NCBI GenBank assembly: GCA_043228905.1
Contig: JBHGNT010000017.1
Span: forward strand, 1,860,001 to 1,924,000
Length of the DNA: 64,000 bases
Reading direction: 5' to 3'
Source: Azolla caroliniana
Lineage: Eukaryota; Plantae; Polypodiophyta
A model generated the notes under the pieces. It was not told where the DNA came from, did no database searches, and saw only the letters and a program-made list of their open reading frames with translations. Below are positions 47,378 through 60,207 of this stretch, in pieces. A program made the translations under genes and the position numbers. Within the stretch, counting starts at the first letter, position 1; every line of letters begins with the position of its first letter.

Positions 47378-49560
47378 GCACCCCTTCCGCGTATAATGGC
47401 GAGGTGTTGTGGGGCGTGGTTACGCGTTCTTCGGTTATGATCCAGACCTTGGTCTTTCCTCGACGAAACGAGATCATGTTGCGTTGCCAATGTTGTTTGA
47501 TATTGGATGTGCGCAACCATGGTCTGCCCAGTAACATTGGGTAAACCCCTTGTGCTTCGAGTCGTAAGACAACGGCTGAGATAGTGAACATGTGGCCTCC
47601 TAGAGTAAAGTCGAGGTGGCGGATTAATCTGATGGGGCGAACCAATCATGTGTCGGCCATCCGAAGCCAAAAGGGGCAAGGTTCCCATTGATTCAGGCCG
47701 AGTTTACGACAGGTAGCCTCGCTGATGACATTCACGCCAGAGCCGCCGTCGATTATACACTTGTGCAGGTCCTTCCCTTTAATCATAGTTTTTATGGCTG
47801 GATTCTGCGCATCCATGAAAGGTGGACTAGTTCCTGGCTCGGTCAGGGGCACAGGTGGTGTGGTGGATTGGTTGTTGGCCGTGAGTGAAGCCAAGGTGTC
47901 CCTAAACGCGGCATGAGTGGTAAGAGTTTATGCAGAGGTAAGCAAATCCTAGAACTGGTAAGGGCGTCCCACAGCTGGTCATCTTCTGCCGTTGTGGATG
48001 GAGCCGAGGACTGTGTTGCTCCGATGGTCGCGTCTCCCATTTCCGTGTGCATCCGCACCACATTGTTTTTGTTGGTCGTATCCATCCATTCTTTGACTGG
48101 TTGCCGGACGCCGTCCTGAACTTGCCATGGGGTAGCCTGGGCTTTGCTGCGTGTTGTGACGTTTTGTACGTCAGCCATAATACTATTCACGGCAGGAGCC
48201 TTTCCGTGGTCTGTTGTTGGGCATTGCGTAGCGTAGTTGGTTGCACTTGAAGCAGGTAACGTCGGCCAAGTTGTTGGTGCCAACCCGATCCGTGGGGTGC
48301 GGTTGATTCCCGGCCTCGTGTGTTTGTGGGTTGGTCCAGGGCGCGGTCAAGTTGTGCGGTTCATTGTGTGGTGGGTCCCGACGACGGTTGCCGTTATTCC
48401 TTCAGTTATTGCACGATCCTCGGAGAGAGTTGCGCCGATCATCCCGATCCTCTTCATTCCGATCATAATCGTCATTTGCCCAATATTGGTCATCGTGATA
48501 GCGATCACGGCGGTCGTCCGATCTCCATCGTTTGTCGTTTTGGTAACGGTCGTCGTCCCGACGGTAATCGTCGTTACGGAGCCGTCTATCTGGCGATTGC
48601 AGTCGTTGGTTATCCTGGTTCCGGTAGGATTGGCGCTCGTCTTGACGAGAGTATATATCCCGAGGCTCGATCTGGCGAACCGGAATCGTCGTTGTGCGGT
48701 TGAGCATATTGTATTCGCAGTGTTCGACAGTGTGGGATCGGGACTGGCAGATCGGAGATTGTGGTCGGTGAGGACATTTGAGGACTAGATGGCCCAATCC
48801 CGAACAAATTGTGCATTGGAGGGCGTGGCGGAAGCGATTGTCCTCCTGGGGAAGGGCGCTTTGTAGTTAACTCATAGTGAAAGTCGTGCTTTGCTGAGTC
48901 CGATCGAGGGCGAGGACGTGTGCTATGACTTGCTCGATCGTTTGGTTGTCAAAATTAGTAAGTGCAAGAGTCGTTCATAGAGGCTCCCGTAGGCTGGACA
49001 GGAATGCGTCCGGAATGTGCTGTGCAGAGACATCGTCGGCCACTTGTCTGTAGACATCCCGGAACCGGATCGTGAACTGTGCGACCGTCTCGTGCGGTTC
49101 TTGTCGCATGGAGAAAAACTGCCGAAGCAATTCTCGTTTGGGCACCTTGCGATGGAACAGTTCTAGGAACTGTGTGCGAACGTCGTGGAAGGTGCCAAAC
49201 TCCCTTGTGTCGAGGCCAGAATACCATCGCGCAACTGGTCCATTGAGGGATAGTGTAAACTCGGCAATTTTTGAGGCCTCGATTTCGGCAAGCGAGAGGC
49301 GCTGGGTTGAGTGGTTGGCCTGCCAGGTGGACACGAAGGCACGGACGTGCGACTCCGCGTCGGGGTTGTCGGTGTATCGTGGGTAAGGATACGGCATGGT
49401 ATCGAATTCAGAGTCTTCCGGTAAAGCCAGAAAAGGGTTAGGAAAAGGGTGGGTGACCTCTGGAGGGCTTGGTGGGGAGGTTGGCGTGGACTCGACTCGC
49501 GACCGAGTAGCAGGTGCCGAGGATTGCAACCGGTGAGCCTCCGATGTTTCTGGGAAGGAC
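47378..49560 (-). pseudogene. Element A gag and protease, disrupted
   Basis: Retrotrans_gag-like segment (FLELFH..QEPHETVAQFTIRF), Cys/His knuckle remnants near 48700-48820, protease CIIDGGSGVN..LLGRPWL. Confidence 0.88.
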
Positions 49561-49720
49561 TAGTCCATGACCGCCGAGTCGGAAGTGCCTTCGATTGGCT
49601 CAAGGTGTCGACCAGATGGCCGAGACCGCTTGATGCGATTGGGCGCCGTAATGGCGGCTGAAGGTTTTCTTCAACGTAGTTCGCTATGATCTCACAACTG
49701 TAACCGGGCATGCCAAATTG

Positions 49721-50208
49721 TGTTAACCGTTCTGTCGGAAACACCTTCGATATGCCTACAAGCTATCGGTATCAAGGGAAGTGTAATCGTGAAGACTGGT
49801 GCACGGAGGTGTCGTTAGGGGGAGAACACGAAGAGCATCCCGGAATAGAGCCCGGGTCGTATACGTAGTTGAGACCTTAAAAGCGACGATACATAGATGA
49901 AAACAACAAGAGCTATAGATATGTATTACTGCAATAGTTAGCGATGATTACAAAAGAACATGGCCCACAGTCGGTAGCCTTACAAAGCTCTTATAACTAT
50001 GAACCGACCTCCCTAGGCTCTAGATATCTCCCCCTTGCCGAGGTACGTAAACCTTGGTTTATATACTTCTTTTCCTTCATACAGCGTCGAGCGGTCGGCT
50101 CACTGTGAGGCTCGAAACTCGGCGTTTTACCTAATTCTCTCTTACCTACTCGCCTTACTTCCGGCGTATTATATTTAACTAATTTCTATTTTTGGCCTAC
50201 GGACAACA
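49721..50208 (-). repeat. 5' LTR of element A (488 bp), followed by PBS-like TGGCATGCCCGGT (49715-49703)
   Basis: TG..CA termini, TATATAAA on the minus strand, upstream of gag. Confidence 0.95.
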
Positions 50209-51376
50209 CACATTAGCAAGGCTCTTGAAGCTAAAAATTTATGATAAGTTGAGGAAATGTCATTGGTTTTGGCTTATGGTAAATGAATCTATCGATGTAA
50301 ATGTAACCAAGAACTTGATCCTTTATCGAACTACTTGAAGTGGAGGATGGTACAACAAATACATAAAACATTTTGACATTATTAAAAATGTGGAATTTGG
50401 ATGTTAGAAAGATAATGCTTTATGCCTTCCAATCATTATTGTGCGAATTGCAAAAACATTTGTGTGCAGTAAGCTTCAAAGAACATTGAAATATTAGATG
50501 CCCTTCTGAATCAAGTGGCTACGCATTTCTCTAGGAGCTCAATGCACCAAGGTGAATTGGCTAGGATTCAAGATGCATTAACATACACACATTTGTTCTT
50601 GGGATTGTGAAGACATGATGACTTGGTCATTGTGCTACTATTACAAGGGTATGCAATGTGTACAAACCATTAATGAAGACTTTGAAATCGCAAAGTGATG
50701 CATATAATATATTTTTAAGTTTAAAAAACTTTAAGGTAGTGTATATGCTCCTTACAGTTATACTTAAGATTGTGTTTACATTGAGTATGGACTTCCAAAA
50801 AGATCATATGTATATGTTTGCATTTGAGGTTTGTGTACAATAGCAATTAGGGATATAAAAGAAAAGTTTTTACATTTTGTTCCAGAATCGACGATCATTT
50901 GGTTTGAGCTGACCCGAATCGTGAAACAACTTAACGACTTTATGGTTTAAATGGTTCAGTTCTAGTTTAAGTTTTTGTCAATGGTTTGGTTTGAGCCTTT
51001 ATTTGCTTAATGGTTTAGGGTTTACACTTGATTATTTTCTGAAAATATTCTTTTTAATATTTTTTTAAACAACATTTTCATTTTTAAACCTAATTTTGAT
51101 ATTTTAGGAAAATATCTTTAAATTATTAAAAATTTTAACTTTTAAATGTTGAATGTTTTAATTTTGTTCTGACTTAAAAAACTAAAATTGAATCGTGAAA
51201 CCACATTTTAACGATTTAATGGTTTGAAATTTCTAAAACAGTTTGGTTTGAGTTTGGATATTTTGTAACGGTTCGGTTTGAAACAATTTCATGCTTCGGT
51301 TTGGTTTGGTTTAAGTTTCAATGTTTTAAAATGATTTTAGTTTGAACCTTTAGAACTGAACCATTGTCGATTGCTA
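50209..51376 (+). mobile_element. Degraded hAT element (right part; the left part at about 19550-19744 precedes element A)
   Basis: Reads ISKALEAK..FWLMVNESIDVNVTKNLILY (cf. SLMLDESTD..LIMY). GGTTT/AAACCG-rich subterminal region and TIR-like end CCATTGTCGATTGCTA. Confidence 0.7.
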
Positions 51377-51905
51377 ATCTTGTTACTATGGGTCTCAATG
51401 GTTTTGAGAAGGATAGTAATAACTATCCAAAATTTCTAAATTCATGGAAGAGAAGAAGGAATGTTTTCCGTTTTACGATATGCTACAAAAGGTGATACAC
51501 ATAAAAGTAACATCCTGGACGAGGAGGCAATGGAGGAAAAATAGACGAGGGGGAAAACGTGGAAAATGGATGAAGGAGTTCCGTCAAAAGGAAAAGCTTC
51601 CTTCCATCGTCCTAGTTGGCCCTCTCTTCCCCTGCGTCAGCTAACCTCTCGTCGGATCGCGTGCTCCAGACCGGGACTAGCAATGAAGGCATTTGACAGG
51701 GACAGTTCTTCGACAGCAGGGGGCAAGACGGTTGGAAGGCAACAAATGTTGATGCAAGCCCAAATCAAAGAGAGATGTGGCAATATTTTGGAGATAGTGA
51801 TGGTCAAGCTTCCTCTAGTGGACATAGTAAGAATATGTATGGATCTGAACCCTCCTCCAGCTGAAAGATTAGGTACTTGTATGCATTCGGACCCAAAGGA
51901 CCAGA

Positions 51906-52382
51906 TAACAATTGGCAATGGTTTGGTTCGGTTTGAAAGGGTCTAAACCGAACCATTTAAAAATTTTGAAACCTGAACCAAACTGAACTGAGCCGTGAAA
52001 CCGTTAATTATTTTTTTGTTCAAACCATTAAACCATTAAACCGTAAAAACCGCAGTTTTGTGGTCCGGTTTCGGTTTTCAACATACATCTAATTTTTTAA
52101 TTTTTCATTTTTAATTTTTTTAAATTTATAATATTTCATTATTTAGAATTTTTAGAATTTTTAAGATGTTCCTAAAATGTGAGAATAAGGTGTAAAAATG
52201 AAAAGATTGTTTAAAAACAATTTTTAATTTTTTTTAGAATTTTTTTTTAATTAAAAATAAAAAAAATGTTAAACCGTTTAAACCGTGGTTTTTGGCTGTT
52301 GAAACCGAACCGTTGAAACCGTTAAACCGCGGTTTCGCAATTCGGTTCGGTTCGGTTCAAACCGAACCGTTGCAGATTGTTA
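51906..52382. mobile_element. hAT-type MITE
   Basis: Imperfect TIRs TAACAATTGGCAATGG / CCGTTGCAGATTGTTA. 8-bp TSD GGACCAGA (51898-51905, 52383-52390). AAACCG repeats and an AT-rich core. Confidence 0.92.
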
Positions 52383-52428
52383 GGACCAGAAGTAGATAAG
52401 GGGGGAGCTGAACACGGCACATGCCAAA

Positions 52429-53200
52429 ATGAATACCAACGAAATCATGGACAATGTCATGATGGAAAAGAAGGATATTGACTTTGGTCCAGTCCAAGAG
52501 AAGATGATGGAGGAGGACATTGACGAAAGAAAAGGAATTGACCTTTATCTTTCTCTGTCAGAGAATCAAAGGTTGGTAGAAGAAGTGGGTAGGTTGAAGT
52601 GTTCGTCGTTCATATATCAGTTGTTAGGAGAGCGCCCTAGTAAAGGGTTCTTAAGGGACATGTTGCAAGCATCCCTTTTGGATAAAATGCCACCTTTCTA
52701 GAACATTTTGAGAATGGGCCTTAACTACCACCATGTGATCTTAGAAGAAGGTCATAATGTGCAAGATAATCTAGACCACAAATGGACTACGCTCAAGTAT
52801 GACAAAGCTATGATTTTGGAATTGAGTCCAAACTTTGATGCAATGGAGGAGCATAAAAAAGAAGGGCACACCAGTGGTCATTACCGTATGCTTCCTAGAC
52901 CTACCCTTCCAAATCCATCATTTGATCCCAAAGTTGACACAAAATATAGGGATGGTGTGTATAGAGAAACCCTCATTTGCAGACAAGGTTGCAGAAATCC
53001 ACAAGATTAAGGTGTTGGTTAGAGACATAAAAGAACTACCAACAGATATTAGAGTTCACACGGAGGATTTTGGCCTAAGGGTGTTGAAGGTTGGTCCTGA
53101 AGGCTTGTTGGGTCAGTGCTTTGCATGTAAGGAGATGGGCCATATGGCCAAACATTGCCCTTTGTATTGGAAGAAAAGAGAAGGCAAGGGAATCAGGGCA
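52429..53200 (+). pseudogene. L1-like LINE ORF1 remnant
   Basis: Frameshifted fragments ending in the knuckle CFACKEMGHMAKHC, with LPFQ..L upstream, as typical of plant LINE ORF1. Confidence 0.65.
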
Positions 53201-53615
53201 TCAAGATGTTGGATAACCCAATTGCATAAGATTTTGAGTGGAGATGACTGCCTTCCTCAAGCATTGCAACTGGTATTGACACCTTATCAACTCCTCTTTA
53301 GCCGCTTTCCAAAGAACATGTGAAGAAATAATAATCTTTTCCTCTAGTACCTGTATCGGGTCGTCGGATGATGGAGATGCCACCCAGATGTTATTTATTG
53401 CATCCTTAACCTTCTGGATACCAAAAATCTTCGGAGGAATCCTCAAATTGCACTCACTCTTCTTCTTATAAATAGGATCGAGAGTCAAGGAAACTGGAAG
53501 GTGATCAGAGTAGGTAAAGCCAGCTAGAATGGATGTGTCACCACTCCAATCCACTATTATGGGGCTCACATAGATGCGGTCTAATCTAGAGTGACATAAT
53601 TCACTCTCCATCCAA
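53201..53615 (-). pseudogene. LINE ORF2 endonuclease C-terminal remnant (opposite strand)
   Basis: SRLDRIYVS...SDHLPV is the AP-endonuclease signature. Confidence 0.8.
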
Positions 53616-54099
53616 CCAAACCATCTCGTGCCACAATTCTAGTCGGGGACCAACTAGCACCTACATCTATTGATCCCAGCAGGGTGATCTTCCCATTCTT
53701 TCCTAGACCCTTGGCATCGATAATTTTTCCCGTATCATCACATTTTCCGAACAATTCACCCTCTTCCCAATTACTAATAGGAACAAAGTAAACCACTGTA
53801 TCAACTAGGTTAAGCATCTTCCTGTCATTTCTGAACTTTCTCGTGTCTTCATATAATTTATCCTAATTACTAGCGGACAACCGTATCCAATCTACCATTG
53901 AATGAATCCCTGCACAATGCAATATAGCCCACGACATACCCTTTGCTCTAGCAAAACATCTTTCCCTCCGTCGACTTTAAGGTCTTGTTCCACAATAGGC
54001 CAACAAAGCTTCGAGCTCAACACACACCCATGGACTATTTAACCTTTGGTCGGGAGCACACATGCATCCTACGTGAGCAGAGGCCTCACCCTACCTAAC

Positions 54100-55810
54100 A
54101 GAATGCATAGATCTGAAAACTAAATACTCTAGAGCACAAACTGACAACACCTCCCCTTCCAAAACGATGGATGTTCCACCAACCGCTTTCCCTTCCTTTT
54201 ATAAATCCAAGGAGCAGGAAGGTCGACGTTACATCATGTTGTTATCACAACCGTTTTCTGCAGAGATCCTCCCCATGATTTGTTGCCATCACACGCTATC
54301 ATTCCCCCTTCTTTCGAGGGATCATAATGTACTCATTAACTATGTTGTCTTGTACTTATCAATACTCCCCATATTTACATTTGTTTTAATACAAAGGGGA
54401 CTTTTCCTATGCAAATGTGCACATCCCCGTTTCATTGCAACCGACAAACCTTTCTCCTAGTGGCCGGAATCCTCCACGACAACTCCCTCCCCGGTTTAGG
54501 TTCTTGGCGACAACATGTCTTACCATCAATATTACATAAACAGAAGAATGTTTCCACAATGGAGTGAAGTTGAAGAATCTCCCCATGGTTGAGCCTTGAA
54601 CAAGTTTTAGCACGTGCACTGTTAAATGCAACAATAAGGTGGTGAGGCATGTTCCTCTTCATGTGCAATGGTCCTAATAACATGTAAGCACTTGATGACT
54701 TGTGATCTCATAGTACTTCATGACCGTAGCCAACGCGTTAAACATGGTCGTGACAAATGTTTCCTTTGGGCTCAAATATGGGAATTAATGCTCTCGTATT
54801 CATTGAAGTGTGCTTGGAACAAATCAGATTCAAATTCTTTCGTCAGAAGATTGTACAGGCGCCGAACCAAATAAATATTTGTGGTGGTCGCCTTCTTCAC
54901 TTACGTCTCCAACAATGTCTTCCATTGTTCATATGTTGTCAAACAAGATTGCAACAATAAACTGATTCAGACATGTGCATCCGAATGGTGGCACAAGCTA
55001 CGCAATCGATCTTCGTTCACTCATTCGGCTTATACTCTTTTGTAGGATTTAGTTTTCGATTAGGTTTATTTGACCCTTCACGATCAAATAATCTTGTATT
55101 CGTTCCCTCTAGAATTTGACTTTCTTGTTATCGAACTTCTGAAGGTTCATATTTGACAAGCTAGATGTGGAAGCCATTTTTGACAAGAGCCGATTCGTTT
55201 GAAGTTCTGCTCGAAGTAGCAACAATCAGGGAAAGGGTACAACCATCTAGTTTACCTGAGACGTGATCTACCGGGATTGAGCACAAACTTGACAAAGTGC
55301 TTCTTCCAGTCACAAAACATATATCTACAGTTGCCAGACAAAAGATTTCAATGCAATTGAAATGTTGGAGATTATGTTCAAGAAAGATCTATCGAGCTTG
55401 AATTCTTTAACAAGTAGAGTGAAGTGCTTATGTTGTAGAAGCAAACGGACCATAAGCAGCACAAAACTCGAGCTCTGATACCAACTGTTGGAAGTGGGGT
55501 CTACAACAATACACTACATGGTAATAGAGTACAAGTTCATCAAAAGAGAAAAAGAACAAAAATGTAATAGAGAGAACTTGCACCAAAAGAGAAAGTGAGA
55601 GAGAACAACACAGAGGCACCAAGAATACATTATATTATTCTAAAATTGCAACTACCACAACGGAAACATCCATTTCAAAGTAGGTTACAAACTTGGTTAT
55701 ATACTAAACAAGCTAGGGCAATTGCCCTTTGTGTTGTTCACTAAAGTAACCTATACAAGTTTGTACAATGGGATAATGTGAATACGTCCATTATATCAAT
55801 TGAGAATCAA
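54100..55810 (-). mobile_element. Old truncated Copia related to element D (5' LTR about 55486-55810, PBS, gag remnant)
   Basis: Minus-strand TGGTATCAGAGC PBS (55483-55472). The LTR shares ATAATGGACGTATTCACA.TATCCC with D. Translation YLVRRLYNL..QAHFNEYES matches D gag. Confidence 0.8.
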
Positions 55811-56461
55811 GTTCAACCTAGTGCAGTGTGTGAACACACCCTTTGAGAATCTATGAGCACTCTAAGGTAAAAAGTCACACCACTACTGTCTACACATTAA
55901 CTGTGTGTCATAGAATTATATTTTATGACACATAACTAACGAGTTTCATATTCCCCATGACTAATGAGTCTCCATTTCCCCAAGAGCAAGAGGTTGTTGT
56001 AGTGAGTTAATGAAGAGAGAGGGTGACCTTATATAAAGCACCCTCCTCCTACTTCATAGAGTGTCGGTTGTCCTCCCTTGTAATGCTACATTTTTGTAAT
56101 TGGTATTCTCCTTGTTAATATACAAGCTCCTTGAGTGTTTCATTTCTCTTGCTCATCTATCTTGTGTTTCTCTCCTCGCCACTCCTCTCCTCTTCTCACA
56201 CACATATAACACACATCTCTTCCGCTGCACATAATCATATCTGATTCTTTACAATATCACTGTACTCGACAACACGCACATTAGCTAAATAATAACAATA
56301 GTGGTGGTGGTTTTGATCATGTAGAGGACCTACAAGATGGTGCAACGTGCGAACATGATGGGATGGGATGAGATGGTTAGCAGTAGCAATAGTGGTGCAT
56401 GTCTCGTGGTGAATGAATGTTAGAAGAGCTATAAGTTTAGGCAATTGTGCAGTAGTGAAGC

Positions 56462-56622
56462 ATACTTACTTGGGCGGGGTCTATCGGTGATCAATAAGAC
56501 CAATGGCTTGGGGATGGCACCTCCATTGCACCGTCGGAGGGGTTGTTTGCCCTAGCATCTCCCCAAGCAGGACAATGCATGCCATAATTTGTGGTGGTTG
56601 GGGTTCGCATTCGCGTGACCCC
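56462..56622 (+). ncRNA. U1: U1 snRNA variant / probable pseudogene
   Basis: ATACTTACTTGGGCGGGGTCTATCGGTGATCAATAAG..ATTGCAC..ATAATTTGTGG. Several stem mismatches. TATAA at -32 but no recognisable USE. Confidence 0.88.
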
Positions 56623-59600
56623 TTTCAAATACTTGAAGATTGAACGATTTGAGAGATTGGTGTATAACATGGTAAACGTGGGGTTTTCTAAGTCTGTCAA
56701 CTTTGAATTGATGTTGGGATTCGAGGTAGAGATGGGATTGATGATGACTGAACTTTCCTCATTCATACATTGACAATCAGGTACAAAGAATCATAGTTAT
56801 AGATATTATAAGTCTTGTAGCAAGTGGGATATGGCATTTCTATGCAACCATGATCTCGTTTGGACATGTGTTGCTTTGCATGGTACATGCATAAAAAATC
56901 ATACCATGAAATGCTCCCAACACCCAAGACTACCAAACCATGTCCACGTTCCTGCATGTCATAGGTCCTTATGTGTTTGTCCTAGTTGTTAGGATAACCG
57001 GTTTCTCAACAACCTACTCTTAAACCGTTAAAATTAACTATAAAATTGCTCCATAAGATTATGCCAATGACATTGAGTTTCTTATTAGCCCCAACACTTT
57101 ATAGGCTATAATATTATTGTAAGACCCAAACGTGTATATTCCATTTTTAGTGTTAGGGTCTATTGTAAGTTGTTGGAGAAAGACTCTCTAATGCCATGGA
57201 TCGTGTTTGTATCTTCCTTTCTTGCATCTTTCCTTAATACCCAACATTAAACGATTGAATAGGTTTTAACTCATGTGTGTGCATTTAGGATTTAGATTTA
57301 AAGCGTTACATAAATATGTCTTACCGTGAATTGTTACAATGTGGGCACAATGTATCTTACCATGAGTTATTACTTGAATGGAAGATTGTTTTCACAATGA
57401 AGCAAGCTTGAAGAATCACCCCATAGTCAAGTCCCAATATGGTTTTATCATGGGTGTGGTTAAGCGCAACACTAAGAATTTAAAGGGTCTCAACTCTATG
57501 CTTGCCTTCGAAGGATTTTATTTACCTTACTAGTTTGGTTCTAGCATAATGGATTTTTTTTTACCTTACAATGAAGGGCATGCGGTCAAATCTTGTTCAA
57601 ATGGGAAAGGTCCACATTTGTTTGTGGGATTTCATCTGCATGATCATTACATATTTTTGAAACTCCCAAATTCTGAAATATTGCTTGAGGCTTTTACCGT
57701 CTAATTCCCCATTCTTTGTAGTGCAAGTTTTGAGTTCGAGTGTCGATCTTTGCTTATATGAGATTGCTACATGTCATGTCCAAAGCTACACAACAGTGTT
57801 ATCTATAAAAGGGCGAATGTATAGAGTAATTTGGGAAACTCCTCATGTGGACAAACCCACGGCTAAGACATTTTAGGTGTTATGTCATAAGATCGAGGAT
57901 GCTTGATTATATTCATAGGTAGGCTTAATTAAGAAACAAATCATATTCACAAAAATTGTGGATAGGTCTCGTTGAAGCGAATCATGTAAAACAATTGGTT
58001 CCAAAATGTTTTCAATTGTGAAATCGGGTTACAACTAGCATGCTTGAGTCATTTTTGTTTGTCGTTATACGAAAGGCCTTAACCCAGGGTCCTTATAACT
58101 ACCTATTCTTAACAATCCACGTTTTGTTGAGTGGATAGATTTAACGGAGCCTTACAATGTCCATGAATAATGTGAATTCCAAAATAAGCATTTCCTTTTA
58201 TGCCATTGTCTCCATGATGTATATGGAAAATCCTCGCAATCGCAACTTTTGGTGGCTATCTAGGTAGTTTATCGTTTTCCTTGTGGCTTCCTTCTAACAC
58301 TTCCTCGAGTGTTATCTCTCTTCAATGAAGCTAGTGTTGATGCGTTGGCAAGAGATACGGTCCCAACATACTTCCCACCCAATATATATTGCTATGTTCA
58401 CATAAGTCATTGGGCACAATGTGTTGTAGAGTTTGTGGGTGGCGAAGAAGTCTAATGTCCGAGAGGAATAAGATCTCGTCTAAAAAGAAGGGCGTATACT
58501 TGCGTTTATAATCGATATGCCTTGCGGTCAACAAGAAGGCATACATCCATTATCCAAATAATAGGTATTGCTTGCCTAACATGTTGCACGATTTATAGCC
58601 TAGGGGTTGTTAGGACCTATAGAGCCAAATTTGTGCCCACCATTGACACTCTTGTTGTAGTTGGACATGCATGCAAAGCATAACATACATGTTTGATGTC
58701 GAAGAGGAATAATGCCAGAATTCGGACCAACAAATCAACCTATCTCGTGTCCGATACTCGTTTTTTCGAACACCTATCACACACACCAAAAGTTTAATTT
58801 GATGCATCACGCTACGCATTGACAAGTTTCCAAGTGACGAGAAGAAAGAGATATGCCATTATGTGTTGTACCATCAATGATTACTTAAAATGGAAGAATG
58901 TTTCAACAATGAAGTGAATTCGAAGGATCACCCCATAGTTGAGTCCCAAATTGGTTTTGACTTGGGTTGGATTAACCGCAACACAAAGATTTAAAAGGGT
59001 TGTGTGCCACGTCCCTATGCATGCGTAATGATCCGAATAGCATGCTAGCTCAAGACGGCCTAGAGATACTATCAATTGCATACAAGGGTCATGTCGTCTA
59101 ATGAACGCTTTATGTTAGGTTGTGATGCACTTACGTGCTATATAAACGTAGTTGTGGTGTAAGACATCGACAAATGGGGTCGAAGTCCCAGCTCGTGTGT
59201 TGTTGCCTCTCGAGTTCTTGGGGAGAATATGTATCTACTTTATTGGTGGAAGGTGAAGTAGATGTCAATCCGCCTTTATTTTGCGTGCACTCGTATTGGT
59301 CGAGACATGCTTTGTATTAAGATGGAGGACAATGCACGACATGTTAAAGGGATGTTCAAAAAGTCGAGCCCAACGTTGTCATCAAGTATGAGCACACGGA
59401 TGGGCAAGTTTTACCTGTACATGTACATGTGCATCTTGAATACATCCATTCCTCGAAACCAAGATGCTCAACATTCGATAAATGAACACAAAACAAAGAA
59501 AGAATGTGAGTGCGAACTTTCTCAGTTAGTTCGAATAGGGGAGAAGCTAAAGAAGAGGAGGTAGGAAACTTCCTCAACACCAAGATGCTGAAGATTCTAT

Positions 59601-59936
59601 ATGGGAGGGAATGAGACCAACATGGTCACCACTATTGTACGAGTCCCTTGCAAGCCAACGATAGTCAAGAACTTAGCTCAAGGATAAGAGGAAGCGATTT
59701 GGGGTTATGTAGGCGTACGTACAGATAGGTGCATGTGGATTCGAGATGGAGTGAGTTGGGGAAGCATTGACGAAGCAAGGCGACATTGAGCTTTGTAATG
59801 TGGATTATATATAGAGTGAGGTGCATGAGAAGCAACTAAGCTTTCATGAAGGTTGTTATTATACATGGTATTGTTATTTGGTGTGTGGGAAGAGAAAAGG
59901 TTAACATACGTAACTGTAGATAAGAGGGGGGAAGAT

Positions 59937-59974
59937 ATCCCACATAGGGAATCCTGCTCAAGCTCAGCCTATAA
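59937..59974 (+). promoter_or_regulatory. snRNA promoter of U2 copy 2: USE ATCCCACATAG (59937-59947) + TATAA (59970-59974)
   Basis: USE at -66 and TATA at -33, the same geometry as copy 1. Confidence 0.87.
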
Positions 59975-60002
59975 GTATGGAAGTAGAAGCACAGAAGAAG
60001 GC

Positions 60003-60207
60003 ATACCTTTCTCGGCCTTTTGGCTAAGATCAAGTGTAGTATTTGTTCTTATCAGTTTAATATCTGATACGTGGTCTATAAGGCCACATGATATTAACCT
60101 AGTTTGTTTCATGGGGCCAGCACCCGTGTGAGGCAGCTTGCTGTCTCTGGGAGCTGCGTGCGTCGCCTTGGTATTGCACTAGCGCCGAGGTCATAAAGGC
60201 GCGCCCT
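60003..60207 (+). ncRNA. U2: U2 spliceosomal snRNA, copy 2 (variant Sm site)
   Basis: Conserved 5' domain with GTAGTA and SL IV loop ATTGCACTA. 3' end approximate. Confidence 0.94.

Larger units (their letters stand above)
19745..50208 (-). mobile_element. Ty3/Gypsy LTR retrotransposon A (non-chromoviral, extra 3' ORF), outer element of the nest
   Basis: LTRs 19745-20979 (interrupted) and 49721-50208, TG..CA, TSD CACAT (19740-19744, 50209-50213). gag-PR-RT-RH-INT on the minus strand with stops and frameshifts. Confidence 0.95.

Noticed and set aside
55887-56275. Possible additional solo LTR (TATA box, TGTAA motifs, short hairpin)
   Set aside because: No matching TSD and no second copy in the window, so the boundaries cannot be supported.
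57500-58600. Possible degraded coding or TE sequence
   Set aside because: No diagnostic motif could be recognised by eye.
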